DNA of 62,717 nt, filler included, from Folioceros fuciformis (GCA_049999805.1; 5 parts of 3 records of this genome joined end to end with filler, not necessarily neighbours in it), one strand, 5' to 3'. Positions 23,318 to 36,799 are shown, counted from the first letter of the whole stretch. Notes: generated by a model not told the origin, from the sequence alone. Numbers and translations are program-made.

Positions 23318-24001
23318 GCTATGCCGCTCGCCTCAGATGTCTCACTTCTCCGCCTCCAAGTTCAAAATAAAAGGCTGACAGCCTCGTTATCCTCTAGCTC
23401 AACTGGAAGGCAGCCATTGGCCTCCCTTCCCTCATCACTCCCGACGCAGGTTGCAGATGGTCTCATCTAGAACTGTAACCGACAAGCTACACAGGGTTAA
23501 CAGGACCACTGTTGAGCTCGACAGAGCAAACCAAATTGAGCACATCCATCATATAAGAGGAGAAGATACACAAGATTACCCTCCCTGAAACTGTTGTCTA
23601 CAACACATTCCCCAGGTGGCAGAATTCCACGTCCGAAAAGAGAGCCTGATCTGAAAGGCATGCACTGGTCACACCTGGCTGCCTGTCAGCTTGCCGCCTG
23701 GACGCGAACGGTCCCACGCGTCGCGCAGCGGGTTATGTTTCCCTCTCCGCTCCAGCTCTTGCCACTGCGAGCTCTGTCTGCTTCGTACTGTCGTGCTACG
23801 CGGCTGAGGATTGTGCTGTTTCATTTCGTCTGCTAGCTCGAGGTGGGAGCCCGCCTCAGCCCCGTTTACTCTGTCCTTGTGAGCATCTGCCCTGAGCTGC
23901 TGCGTTGGCCGTGTTCGTCTTTGTTTGTACATCTGATTGCGATCTGCTGCTACTCCGGACCAGGACAATCGCAAAAACAGGGTGACCGCGAGTCTGTGAA
24001 G

Positions 24002-24998
24002 ATGCCGAAGGCTAGGGTGAATGCCGAGCTGGACACGCCAACGGTAGATGTGTTGGTGGACATGGGACACCCTCTCTTGAACCGCATCGTGGACGGCTTC
24101 GTCAAAGTTGGAGGGGTGAGTTCCTGCCGCTTGAGTGCTTCTCAGAATGCTTCGATGGGCTTGCATGCATTTTGAAGTGATTCTGGGCTCTAAGTGCAAA
24201 GGCCTTCGTACTCTGCTTAGGTTGGAGCACTCCACGCTGCGAGTCAGGAGTCCTACAAATTCATTCTGGAAGGTAACAACCAGAATTTGGGTTTTTTTGT
24301 TGACGCCCATTCCTGTGTTGGCTTCAGGGAATTGCTTGCCAGTTTCATAGTTTCTGGCCCCGACACAGTTCCAACAGCACGCTTTTCTTACACGATGTTT
24401 CTTTTTCTTGCAGAGCAAACTAACAAGAAGTCTCTTGAGAACATGGTAAGTGCACTTCTCAAAATTTCTGCACACGTACTGGTGCATGCCAGGGCTGGTG
24501 TTGGATGTAACAAACTGCTGATGCTGGGAACAGGTCTCTCGGATTGGGAAGGAGACAGTGCAGTGGGGTAAGTCGAGGAATCTTCGATGCATCTCTTTCA
24601 GAGTCACACTCTCCACTATGGCCAAGCAGTGCAGTCTTTCAGGTGCCTGACAGTGGGGTTGCATTGCTCTGGACAGGACTGGTTGCTGGAGTTTATTCTG
24701 GCATGACCTATGGAATGCAGGAGGCAAGAGGTGTTCATGATTGGGTAAGCACATGCAGGGATTCTGACTTGGGATTGTCATCTTTTACATCTTTTCATTT
24801 GTAAAATGGAATGCTGTCCGCTTACAGCTTGAATGTCTCGTGTGGATGTAGAAAAATGCCCTCTTTGGAGGTGCTCTGACTGGAGCTGCTCTTGCTCTCA
24901 CGGAGTCGAACCCTCGTCATGACAGTGTAGTCCGAGGTGCCATCACCGGAGGAGCCATTGCTACCGCCGCTGAGTTTCTCAGAAACCTGACAGGCTGA
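24002..24998 (+). CDS. OEP16: Plastid outer envelope pore protein 16 (Tim17/22/23 / PRAT family), ~6 exons
   Basis: Spliced: MPKARVNAELDTPTVDVLVDMGHPLLNRIVDGFVKVGG|VGALHAASQE..|..KKSLENM|..|LVAGVYSGMTYGMQEARGVHDW|KNALFGGALTGAALAL...AITGGAIATAAEFLRNLTG*. Confidence 0.88.
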
Positions 24999-25593
24999 TC
25001 ACTCTCTCGTGTTCGCATCCGGCTTGTCAGCATTCCTCGGGAGGGAGGACTGACGGTTGTCTTTCTTCTCGGCAAGAACCAATGGTCGTGGGAGAAACTG
25101 TGCATATGTGTATGTGTCCAGTAACCTGTAAATTGGCAAACTTTTCTGGTCTTCGACATCCAATTTTTACAGTCCAGATTGTTCAACTGTATTTAAATTC
25201 GGTGAAGCACTGAACGTTGCTGAGCCTGACATTGCATTACCCTTTCAAGTACACGGGTTCGAACTTTCAACAACTGGCACCGTCTCTTGTTCCGTGCGCC
25301 TTGGACGTACGCCATCCTCCTCGGCGTGGTGATGCTTTTACTCTAAAATACCCTACACCTTCTTCCTCGGCTTGCAACAAGGCAGCCACCTCTGCCCCGC
25401 GCCGTCTGCGATGGCGATGTTGTCATTTCGTTGGAGCTCTCTGTGGTTCTCTGAACATTGTGTTCAAGCTCGACTGCTGCTCTCTGTGGCTGTGCTTGTG
25501 TGCTGCAGACTCGTTTGAGTGAGGCAACTTCACGATTGAAAAGAGGCTCGCTGCTGGCCGAAGACTCTGCTCCTTGGTGTATCAAGCGCGACA

Positions 25594-26871
25594 ATGGCAA
25601 ATGTCTCTGAACCTCTTGCTCCTAGAGGGCCGACGTCAGAAGCAGGCCAAGAGGTTTCGCGCTCTCAGAGCCATGCCGAAGAGCAGCCAGTGATGTACTT
25701 AACTCTGCTGGAGGAGGCGCTTGCTACTCCAGCCCCGGTGTTGGAGATGAGTGAAATATGGGCAGAACTTCCAGAAGCTGTGATGGAGAACGTGCTGCTG
25801 TATCTTCCAGCAGTCGTCCAAGCTCGCTTCTGTACTGTCTCCAAGCTGTGGTGGAAGCTGATCATGTCTTCCAGATTCCGGGAACAGACCGCCTTGATAG
25901 CTTTGCGTTCAGGTAAAACTATGGCTGTGTGCAGTGCCTTGGAACCGTTTGATACCGTGGAGCGTTTGAAGGTGGCCAAGATGATGCTCCCGGCGGATGT
26001 GGACGAATCAGATCTAAAGCACGAAGACAATTGGTGCGCTCAAGGTGGCCTCCTGGCACTGATCGTATGCGGCTGCAGCACGGGTGGCATGCGCATCTTC
26101 GTCTTCAACCCTGTGGAGAAAACCCCTTGTCAGGAGCTTCCGCTTCTTCCGTGGAAGGACCATGTGGGTGACCTGGCCTTGGTTGTGGAGGAAGATAGTA
26201 GCTTTCGCGTTGCCCTGTCGTACCGTACTCCGCAGGATCGCGGCGAGGAAAGCTTCTACGGCTTCTACATCTGCTCCAGCTCTGCCAACGGAAAGCCGCC
26301 GATGACGTGGAACAGATTTTCCATTTCGCGGTCGTCGATTGACAAGGCGGGATGGGATTTGGGGAACTTCGCTTTGGGCGGGCTGCGTCTGTACCTGTAT
26401 TTTCTGACTAGGCGGTTCATCTATGCCGTGATGAGGCATCGGGGCTATGGAACCGCACAGCTTTTTATATTGGTGCGCTTGAGTGCGAAGGCCGAGTATA
26501 TCAGCACAGTGTCGCCTGTCAGTCCGACCATCTGTTGGATTGATGTGCATTTCGTTCCAAGCTATCCCAGCGAGACCCTGTTCGCAGTGCTGCCCGATCG
26601 CACCATCTTCAAGTTGGATGATGGCAGTACAGTGTGGACGCTTGTGTCCAGCCCACCGGAGGAGGTGAGAGGCCGTTCGAAGGTGGCAGCCGTGGGGTTT
26701 GTTGGAGACAGACTGTTGATGCTTGTTGTTTTCAACAAGAGTACGAAGGCGGAGGTCATCGCCTATCACACCCTGACTGGCTTGTGGACGCGGGGTTGCC
26801 ATACCAACAACTCACCGTCCGACTGTTATCCCCGGTACATCGCACCCAGACGTGCGTCTGCCCACGGATAG
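25594..26871 (+). CDS. F-box protein (intronless, divergent beta-propeller/kelch-like C-terminus)
   Basis: F-box IWAELPEAVMENVLLYLPAVVQARFCTVSKLWWKLIMSSRF, followed by GGLL, IFVFNP..ELP and AYHTLTGLW motifs typical of plant F-box/kelch-like proteins. Confidence 0.8.
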   Translation: MANVSEPLAPRGPTSEAGQEVSRSQSHAEEQPVMYLTLLEEALATPAPVLEMSEIWAELPEAVMENVLLYLPAVVQARFCTVSKLWWKLIMSSRFREQTALIALRSGKTMAVCSALEPFDTVERLKVAKMMLPADVDESDLKHEDNWCAQGGLLALIVCGCSTGGMRIFVFNPVEKTPCQELPLLPWKDHVGDLALVVEEDSSFRVALSYRTPQDRGEESFYGFYICSSSANGKPPMTWNRFSISRSSIDKAGWDLGNFALGGLRLYLYFLTRRFIYAVMRHRGYGTAQLFILVRLSAKAEYISTVSPVSPTICWIDVHFVPSYPSETLFAVLPDRTIFKLDDGSTVWTLVSSPPEEVRGRSKVAAVGFVGDRLLMLVVFNKSTKAEVIAYHTLTGLWTRGCHTNNSPSDCYPRYIAPRRASAHG

Positions 26872-28271
26872 GTGGATGTATTAGATTTCACGGAATGTCG
26901 CAAGCTCGGTGAACAGGAGTGTCACCAAGATCTGAGTCTGTTGAGGGTGTTGAGGGAACTTCGGCCTCATCAGTCGTCTTGTAGGGCTCGCTTTTCATGT
27001 AGGTTCTTCCTTGGTTTTGTTTTGCAAATCATTCTGGGCACTGGATGGGCTCCTGTATCCATGGAGCCTTTGAACATGACACTCTCAACTTCCTGAACTT
27101 CCTATGGCAGATTTCTGGTCTCTTCACTCCTGGTAGCATCGGTTCATCACCAACAAAAGGCTTGCTCCCGAGAATCTATGACGTAACAAGCCAGATCCCG
27201 AGAAATAATAATGCGTTTTGTTCCACTGCCTCGCAAAAATCTGTATAGGATCTGGGAGTCTGGGACCAGGAGGTTGAGAACAGCCAAACGCATTGATCCC
27301 AGGCGACGTCTGCATCCGGACAAAGAAGTGACAGCAGCACGCCGTAAGCACGCACATACATACTTTGTATACAATGCTGTTGAGAGAGAATTCCACGAGA
27401 TTGGTACATAGCTTTCCCTTTCTTTTAAGATCAGATGACAATTGTTTTTAGCCCACACACATCACATCTGGCAAGTGTCATCAGGGTGATCAAGTTGACT
27501 GATTTCCTGGCAATTGCAGCTTTTCTTGGTATAAAGCCCAGGACCATGCGGTCTGAAAACTTTTAATGCCAATGCCCTAAAAGACCGTCACCCTCGGTCA
27601 GCCCCGCACGATCTGAGTTCGCTGATGCTTTTGTGACAAATTGTAAAGTAGACATTTTGCAGAGGGATGTATGGCAGAGGATGCTGCCCTTTGAAGAGTA
27701 GTGGGTTATATGTTGCATCATACTGTACACTGCTTACATTGTCCCTCACGTTTCACACTCACTTCTTGAACAAGCTATTTTGGATCAATCACAAAGGTTT
27801 ATTCAAGGCTAGGATGGCTGCGCTGCGGCCAAATAATCCAGATAAAAAGTGGTTTCTGCTGAGTAATTTCAGGAGGGGTCCAATGCCCTGAGGGCTGGGC
27901 TGTATGACCACTCCTTGTCTAGGGGCAACAACCCAGACTTACAGTGTCTGGACAGAATCGAAGACCCGTCCTGGAAAACTGGGCCATCTTGGTCCAAGCT
28001 GGGAGAAAAGGGGGGTTTCAGGCCATTGTCTGGAAAACTACCCAACAAGGGAGCCCACCTTACTCCCCTGTAGGCTTTACTCTCCAAATTCTAGAAGGCA
28101 TAAAAGCATAAAAAGGATATTTCAAAACAGAGGCCACTACAGAAACCCATTGATGCAATGACCGAGAACCACAAGGAAACGAAGTTACGTCCAGGGAGGT
28201 AGATGGTGAAGTACGTGTAGGGTTCAAGAAAGAAGGCTGGGCGAAGTGCCGTGGGATGCAGAGGCAGGCAT

Positions 28272-31232
28272 TCACAGTTCAAAGCTGACGGAGTGGAAAT
28301 GGAAGGCCACAGGACCTCCGAACAATGAACTGTTGGCTTGGCACTGATGGGCCACACTTTGCTGCAGGCCCGGGGGCCCGCAGACCATTACTCCCACGTT
28401 GGAACCAGCAAGTCGCTTTGCGGCGTTCTTGAAAATCTCTGTTGCGAGAGCCATTTAGCCCACGTTATCGTCACCCCAAGAGGAATACAGCCTGTCTGGA
28501 TCTGTACCTGATGAATGAAAGCAGCAGCAGCACAGGCAAACAACAAATGAATCCCCAAATGAGTCCCTTACCTTCGAGGTTTGGCCTGCAGCCGTAGTGG
28601 ATGTTGTGCCGCTTGAGCAGTCGATCTTCCAGGGAGCGCACCGATCGCATTTCAGTTGAAGGGGAGAAGCCCATGGGTTCCTTCCCGATCCGCGACTTTG
28701 AGGCAGCCACAGCCTTCCGGTTCCCCGCGTAGTACACCCAGCTCCACAGCAAAGAGGTGCCTCCACCGAAGACTGTGATTCCCAGGAACATGCTCAACAA
28801 GCTGAAGAGCCCCTTGGCCCAAGACGGGTAGTCTTTCTCGTTCTCGCCTTGGTTGATGTAGTAATGGCCGATGAAGCCCCAGACGAAGAGGAAGCCGATC
28901 AAAGATGCCACCATGACTGCTACCCCACCCCAGAGGCTGTCACGCCCGACCTCGCCGTAGAGCGGGTCGAGGGACGGGGTGGAGTTGTAGACTTGCGCCA
29001 TGCTCTCCAGGGGCACGCTCTCCATGTCCTGCAAATGCTGGCCATCCTCTCTCGTCACGTGGGCGATGATGTGCAGGTTGAGGCTGGCGCTTGGCGAGAC
29101 CTCTACCGTGTCCAGCAAATGGAGCTCGTCGGATTTGCGCACTGACCAGACGAGCGTCACGTCTGTGGGCAGGCCTGGTTGCTGGTTCTGATAGCGGTGG
29201 ACAAGGTCTTTGAGGATGGAGATGAAAGGGGAGACGCCGCTGCCCCCCGCCACGAACAAGATTGCGTCGTACCTGCCGCATATCCATTCAGCCCTTTGAA
29301 CTGCTACAATTCCTACAAGCAAGGGTTTCGATGATGGATCCATGAATGCACTTACTTGAGGAAGTAGCTGGACTGGTGGCCGTATGGGCCTTCGATGGCG
29401 GCTTTGAAGCCGAACGGGCAGCTGAGCGTCTTCTGCTCAGCGTCACTGGAACCGGCGCTGGCAACCACTTCCACCATCTTCTCCAAATCGCGAGTCCATG
29501 ATCCCTGCCGCTTCACCAGAATGGTGATGCGGTCGGGCTCGGTAAGCGAGCTGGAGGAGAGCGTGAAAGGGTGCCACTGGAGGCCATCCAGCCGGGGCAG
29601 CTGCAGGAAGATGAAGCTGGCTGCGCTATATTGGATTGCTGGGACATTCCACCACGCCACGATGTCGGGTTAATGTTAACCCGGGTTGTCACTAAGCAGA
29701 AGGAAACATAGGGCCCTCAGAAGCCCTTACTTGCCCTTGCCCCTTGCCCTGCGCTTGAGAAAGAAAACAAGGTGGGGAAAAAGCAGGTTCCAACCTGGAT
29801 GTTTGGCAAAGGTGAGCTCCATGGTGCCTCCTGGCAGGTTGCGTACGGCAAGCAAGTCGACAGATCGCCTAGACTGCATGAAGCGGAGAAAGCGGTCGAG
29901 AAAGAAGAGGAAGACGCCGGCCATGACCACGGTGAATTGCTTCTCTCCCACGTGCATCATAGCGAAGGCGACGAAGACGATGTAAAGATGGTGCGTGTAG
30001 TAGAAGGCCTCGAAGAAGCGAGCGCGCAGTTGCGGGATGGATGTGAAGACGATGAGAATGCCAGCCAGGAGCGAGATGACCCCAGCCAAATTGCTGCACC
30101 CGATCCTGTTCCACATCACAACCTTGTCCCTCAGGATGTGGACGCCATGGGCGCGCCAGAGAGCGATGAAGGCCAATCCGTGCGCGGTGAAGATGACCAT
30201 CGAAATGACGCCAACCCATTTGTGGTACTTGACTGCGCGCTCGAACGGCACGTTGATAAAGTGCAGCAGGACGGAGCCCCTTGAAACGGGGAAGAAGAGA
30301 AAAGCCATGGCCACGTATCCCAGCAGGCCTAGGCGGGTGGCCGCCGTACCCAACTTCATCTGCCATCTGAATCAATCACCATTCGCAAGCACGCAACCAC
30401 GTTCAACAATTCGTATCAAAACTTGAAGCTTGCCGTGAATTTGGAGCGAGAGTGGCGTGGGACCATAGGAGGCTTACAACTCCCCGCTGTGACGTTGGTT
30501 CGCGGTGAGCCTGCTAAATCCCACCTCAGTGTAGCTCCCGAACACGAATCCCAGGAATGCCAGAAAAAGCAGCAGCCCCAAGAGCTCCCCCATGGACACG
30601 ATCCCCAGTGGGCCGCGGGTCAAGACGGGGTAGTTCCACACTCCCACCCGAGGCCTCCTACCCTTTCCCCTGCCGATAGGCAACCCAGAGTCCCCATCGT
30701 CACGACTGTCTCGCAGTCGTTTCAATCACACAAAAGTAAAAAGTGTACTGGGGTATGGCGGTACTGGAGCTCACAGTGGCTTGGGGACCTTGTCGGGCTT
30801 GAGCTTGAGGACCAGGGCGCAGAGCAGCATGAAGACGAACACTGGCGCGTCAAACAGTAGCATCCACGCCGCTGCACACCCACAACCCGCACAGACTTGT
30901 GAGGTGATGCAGCACGGCGTCGCGTTTTTCTCACTGCCGCTATGACAGGTCATCCCTGTCGGAGCCGGATTGTCGACGTTGTCCCCGCGCTCAGCAAGGA
31001 AGGACGGGAACGGAATCTGAAAGCAATGCAAAGAACGAACTGACTCTGGGCAGGCGTATCGGCTGGGCTCACCGGAATCGCCATACACGCTGGTGGTGAG
31101 ACGCGGGGTGATCTTCTTGTTGAAGTGGGTCCAGGGTCGGGTAGAGCGGAGAATCATCATGAGGATCCAGAAGCTGAAAACTCCCGCCATGGCCAGCTTG
31201 AGCAACAACACCGCCACATTGCCGTCCGCCAT
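28272..31232 (-). CDS. FRO: Ferric reduction oxidase (FRO), multi-exon
   Basis: Motifs LFFPVSRGSVLL, FERAVKYHKWVG, FEAFYYTHHLYIVF, LFFLDRFLRF, FAD-binding LQWHPFTLSS, IEGPYG, NADPH-binding FVAGGSGVSPFISIL, VMVCGP and C-terminal FHSVSFEL*. Confidence 0.92.
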
Positions 31233-32709
31233 TGCACCNNNNNNNNNNNNNNNNNNNNNNNNNNNNNNNNNNNNNNNNNNNNTTAATTAATTAANNNNNN
31301 NNNNNNNNNNNNNNNNNNNNNNNNNNNNNNNNNNNNNNTGCATAACCTACGCCAACAGTTTGTGGAGGAGAGGGGAGGAACTACGTAGCCATGGAGCGAG
31401 GCAGGCATTAGGTGACTTCGGATGTGGAACTTGGTCTATGAAGAGATGGGGGCTAGAGGTAGGCTGTTAGGATAGTGGCAAGTGTGTCAAATTGTGTGTG
31501 AAACACTATGTACGTAGATAAGGGCCAGAAGCCTAAACCCAAAAGCTGTGTGTGCTTCCGCTTAGCAGCAGTGGGGGTAGTACAAAAGGTAGCCCGACAT
31601 TGTGGGATAACCAACACAAAATATGGACACCTGCAATTCCAGCGTCGTGTGTGTACAATTTCATCCTTGTCAGTGCACATACGTTTTTTCACAGGCCTCT
31701 GCCAATTGTCCGGTTTGGTTTTGGCCCTCTAACTCGCGTGCACGCCAAAGGGGACGCATAAACCGTGTGTTTGTAAAGACAGAGAGGGGGCGTGTCCCAT
31801 TTGGCATGCCATAGTCCAGCTCTACCTAGGTGCCGTCTTCCAACACAAGCTTGGTCTTGAGCGTGAATGCTGCACTGTAAAATGTGAGCGACAATTGCAC
31901 GTCCTCGACATGCTTCATCGTGTAGGCGTGCTTAGAGGGCCTTGCAAGTCGCCTTCTATTGGGTGGGAGTGTGCTTCAGCCATTTTCTGATTTGTCCGAG
32001 ATCACACATTGTGAGCACGAGACGATTCACGCGCTTGAGAACAATCCGCTCTACAAGGCGGAGTGCCCTGACTGTCAAGTAGCCCGGTCTATCATGCCAC
32101 TATCATTATCATAGGGCTCTAAGTTGCGTCACGTGGGTAAACCCTAAAATATGTAACGGCATTCCGTAAAACCCTGGATCATATATCGGGATCTGATTGG
32201 GAGGGGAAATTATGCTTGGATTGAATCATGAATTGCGTTTTTACGCCGTGTTTCCACTAGGTTTGTACCAGCCAAAAATCCTTGGGATTGGTTTATCTTT
32301 ATTTCATTCGCTTTCCACTAGTATGTACCAGCCAACAGATTTGTTTGGATTGGTCTACCTTGTTTTATCCTCTTTCCACTAGGTTTGTACCATCGACATA
32401 ATCCGTACACGCGGGGACATATACGGTGGCACATACATGGACGTACCTTGCAGGCTTTGGGACACGCGCCATTCATTCCTATGTTGGGCCACCAAGGGGG
32501 AGAATCATCTACATATGCTTTTCAGCCAATCGGTCTAACATAGTTGAAGCTCTAGGTAGCAGCCCACAGCCAAATACTTTAAAAGTGAGAAGGAAGAGAT
32601 GAAGTAAAGAGGAGAGCGCGACACAGAAAGAAGACACAAAACGAAGCTGTGGATGCAATTGGAAGGACCACTAGACCACAAATTTGATGCAGAGCTCCGT
32701 GTAGAGAGT

Positions 32710-32940
32710 ATGTCCATGCCTTCCGATTTGTAGGGGTATATCCATGCCTTCCAATTTGTAGGAGGTATATCCATGCCTTCCAATTTGTAGGAGGTATATC
32801 CATGCCTTCCAATTTGTAGGAGGTATATCCATGTCTTCCAATTTGTAGGGGGTATATCCATGCCTTCCAATTTCAAGGGGGTATATCCATGCCTTCCAAT
32901 TTCAAGGGGGTATATCCATGCCTTCCAATTTCAAGGGTTC
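32710..32940. repeat. 29-bp tandem repeat, ~8 copies
   Basis: Unit tatccatgccttccaatttgtaggaggta; tccatg recurs at 32741, 32770, 32799 and onward. Confidence 0.9.
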
Positions 32941-33420
32941 CTATTGTATTAATTCTTATAGAGCTCATAGCTTAGATTTTGAACATCATTAGGCTAGGGG
33001 GTATGTCCATGCCTTCTAGTTTGAAGAGGATAGGTCTATGCCTTCCAATTTCAAGGGTTCCAATTGTATTAATTCTTGCAGAGCTCATACCTAGTTTAGA
33101 TTCTAAACATCATTAGGCTCCTAAGTTTTTATGTTTCCCTAGCTTCTGCAGAGCTATGTGTATGGGCTCGTTATGTGGGTTTGTCTAGGCTTTCCAGTCT
33201 CAATAACTTCTTATTTAATTAATATTTCTTACAGAGTTATGTGTGTGGGTTTGTCCAGGCTTTCCAATCTTAATAACTTCTTATTTAATTAATATTTCCT
33301 ACAGAGTTATGTGTGTAGGTTTGTCTAGGCTTTCTCATTTCAAGAATTCTTACTAGAAATGTGTCTTGCAAAATATTTCATGAGTCTTGTTCCATAGGGG
33401 TAGACAAATAGCAGAGCATC

Positions 33421-33910
33421 TTGATAAAGCTAGTAGGAGCATGCCCCGACTTTGAAAAGGATGCTCAAGCATATCGTCAGAAGTGGAAGGACGTATACAA
33501 TGACTACAAGATTGATTGTGTGGGAAATGTATCTGGAGCTACAACCCAAGATAAGTGTCAATTTTTTGATATAGTTGATATGTACATGCATGATAGGCCC
33601 CATGTGCAATGTGAGGCCTATGCTGATTCTTGTTGTGAGGGTCTTGTGGGTTCTAGATCCAGTAATGAGGATAGTGCCAATATTACCATACTAGACCATG
33701 ATGTTGAAGCATCAGGTGCTGCAAGGAAACGCACAAATGGAAGTAGGAAGGCAAACGAGCTTATTCAAGATATGAACAACCAGGGGGCCAAAATTCTGGG
33801 GACATAAAAGAAGATAAAGAATAAAAAATTGTCTTTCATGGAAAGCATGGCACAGACCATGTCATCTATTGCAATTATTTTGGCATCATTAAAAGACAAT
33901 GGAAATTGAG
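33421..33910 (+). pseudogene. Harbinger-associated Myb/SANT (trihelix-like) DNA-binding protein, degenerate
   Basis: KDAQAYRQKWKDVYNDYK...DKCQFFDIVDMYM matches the Myb/SANT-like 'Q.R.KW..L...YK ... F...D' pattern. A stop at 33805-33807 precedes a coiled-coil-like tail. Confidence 0.6.
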
Positions 33911-33912
33911 TT

Positions 33913-35622
33913 TTAGGAGTCAGAGGACTCTAGTGAATCGGAATCCTGTGGGAATACATCTCTTATCTTCCGTTTATAATGTGCCTCATATAGAGTAGAA
34001 CTGAGAGCCAAAACTCTTGGATGTCCTTCCTTGTAGCCTTGCATTCCTAGTTTTGTTCTAGCTTTATTCTCCAACTCACCATTGCCGTGCACAATACTCA
34101 AAGTTTTTCTAGCATGTCCACTCCTACTTGAATTTGCTAGGCCAACTTCAAGTAAAGCTTGACGAGCAACTTTGCTTGCCTCTTGTGTTACATTTTGTTC
34201 GGAAAGACTTTGCCCAAGGTCCTCCATGCTAACATAATCATTCAAAGCATCTTCGGCTTGCAAGACCCACTCTTCTCGGAACTTGAGCTTGTGTACCAAA
34301 CATGTGTTATGTAGCACAAGAAAGGTAGACACTACGGAAGGCATGCTCTTCAAAGCCATGTCGCACGTTTTTAGTAGAATCCGAAAACTACACTTTAGCA
34401 TTCCAAAGGCCCTTTCGACGCACATCTTGTTGCTAAATTGTATAAAATTCTAATGAGCTTGCTCTATAGAAAGCCTATCTTTGCTCCCACGGAAGGGAGT
34501 GAACATGTATGGTTGGGGCCAATACCTAGCATCTCCAAGTAAGGCATATTCTCCCAGAGCACCTTGCTCATACATCTCTACTATACATGATTGCTTGAAA
34601 GGATTCCAATCATTACAACTCTGCTACGGCCAGCGAGCTGAACAGCAGCTCAACGAGAAGGACTGGACACCTTATCAACGTCCAGATGATGCTGTTGGCA
34701 TACGGCAAATGGTCACAATAGAGTGCGCGTAGGGCATGCCTAGGACATAGCCGCTAGAGCTAAACGAAGGAAACAAGGTTAGAATTAGAGGTTAGACTGA
34801 GCGGGATTAAGCTAACCCCAATCAGTTGCTAACCAATCCAATAGTTAAGTTAGCTCAGTAAAGAAACGGTCAGACCTGAGACGCAGGGGTACAAAGAACG
34901 AAGGGCTCCTCTAATCAGAGTCTCTTGATTCCTGGACGGGGGGGCCTCCTCGCTTTTGGTAGTCGGACCCCCAAGTTCGCGAGATGTCTCGGCACATCAG
35001 CTTACAAACTCCCACACAAACCATAATCATAATCCCAAATGAAGCCCTTAGCATTGACCACTAGCTGAAGCAAGCACGAACAATAGCCTTTTCGGTAATA
35101 ATAATCAACAACATTGTGTTTTGAGCCAAGTATGGGTATGTGAGAACCATCAATGGCACCAACTACATATGGAATGTCAAACACATCTTAAAACTCTTGT
35201 GCGCACCTTTGCATGGTTGCCTTAGAAGAAAACTTAATATAGTCATTATGCAACTCCTTTTGCACAACTTTGCAAAAGTCCAACACAGCCCTATGCACAG
35301 TGGTGACACCAACTAAAAACACATCAGCAATGACTATCAAACAATTGTCACCAACTAAAAACACATCAGCAATGACTATTAAACAATTGTCACCAGCCAA
35401 CCTGTATAATGCCATGGCCACCCTCTTGTCCATTGGTATGGCTTCGAGGAACTTCGTGTCTTGTTTCTTCATGTGTGCAACAGATCTGCACAAGTACTCA
35501 AATGTATGCCAATTTACTCGCATACGAGAGATGAACATGTCTTCCGCATATGAACCCAATAATGTGTTCCCAAAGAAGTTGTTGGATCTTAGAAATACCC
35601 AAGCTTGAGGTGCCCTCCGCAA
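33913..35622 (-). pseudogene. PIF/Harbinger DDE transposase pseudogene, interrupted
   Basis: Fragments RMRVNWHTFEYLC, IPMDKRVAMALYRLA, VVGAIDGSHIPI, LLGDA and CVERAFGMLKCSFRIL. It contains stops and frameshifts, a 42-bp internal tandem duplication (~35308-35391) and a ~380-bp insertion. Confidence 0.85.
34622..34999. mobile_element. LTR-like insertion (TG...CA) nested in the transposase
   Basis: GC-richer 378-bp block starting tgctacgg and ending cacatca. It is flanked by near-duplicated ttacaactc / ttacaaactc and splits the GSxHD motif of the transposase. Confidence 0.5.
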
Positions 35623-36799
35623 TCCAAACTGTCACCCATCCATAATTAACAATTGCAAGCCAGACACATAATGCTAGTAATATGCATGAAGTCGAAGTAA
35701 AGACAAGGTTGTGGAGGTTTCTACAAAAATAATACCTTGCATAGCCATGAGAAAGGACCAAATAAAGTGTAAAGTCATCTATCACAAACACCCTAAAGAA
35801 ACCCTAAAAAGTACCAAGCCTCACAAGAACAAAAACCGCAATGTGCAAATGCCTCATGCGGAAGCTTATTGTATAGAGGTGGCCCGCTCAAAATAGTGTG
35901 GTCCCTAGTAAATAAATATATAATATATTTTTAAAAAATTATTATATAATAAAACTACAATGGGCTAGAGTAAATAGATTAGGTGGGCCACGTTAAGTGA
36001 AGTAGTGGAAAAGGTCGGTGGTACAAACATGCATACCTGGACGGCTTATACCCGCGTGGACGACGAGCACCCGGTACAAACCGGTCTTACACCCGTTTGT
36101 ACCACCGCTAGATGGAAACGCAGCCTGAGAACCATTTTGCACTGGAGCTGAGCAACCCGGATTGCTGTTGGGGGAACGTGATTTGCAGGCTCTGATACTT
36201 ATTACGAGAATCGGGAAGCAGGTGTCTTTTGCTGTTTGGCGAGGACTTGCTGATGCCCAGCTCTTCCCGCAATTTAGCGCAGGGATGCCTCGCTGAGAGG
36301 GCTACCATCTTCGGACGGGAGCCTTCTTGGGTGAGCAGGGGCGTTTAACCCCGACGCAAGGCCTGACGGGGAGGCCGAGTTGTGGTGAACAGAGTTGCAC
36401 CAATTGTGAGCTGGAACGTCGGGTTGAGAGTAATGACATATTATGTCGAGTAGGGCAATGTCAGTTCCGTGTCGGATGTCGGAATGTCGTTATCCTTGCT
36501 ACACTTGCTGAATTGCCGAGTCTATGCAGCTAATGCGCTCCTACATGTTGACATTCAGGTTTGTGGTGAAAAAGGCAGGGTTTGCGGAAGTCGAACTAGG
36601 GTGAAAGTGACGGGGAAGAATGAGGTCGTCAAGAGCAACAGATGTTTGCCGAGTAAGAGGTCTCGATTCCGAGGGTGCCGTCCGGGGCCGGAGCCTGAGC
36701 ATGCGTTTGGGAGGGGCACCCTTAGTCCTGAGCAGGAGAAGGACGAGGGAGGGCAGCCGAATGTGGACGGCAAAGAAGCATTGGTCGGCATCAACTGGC

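Larger units (their letters stand above)
32250..36108. mobile_element. Decayed PIF/Harbinger DNA transposon (Myb/SANT ORF plus convergent DDE transposase); ends approximate
   Basis: A Myb-like ORF (+) and DDE transposase fragments (-) lie tail-to-tail in AT-rich DNA. Repeated ccactag.tttgtacca motifs occur at ~32254-32392 and complementary ggtacaaac motifs at ~36016-36107. Confidence 0.7.

Noticed and set aside
32535-32876. Repetitive ORFs (KLEGMDIPPTNWK), and the tandem arrays generally, as CRISPR-like
   Set aside because: The units are head-to-tail with no unique spacers, there are no cas genes, and the context is eukaryotic.
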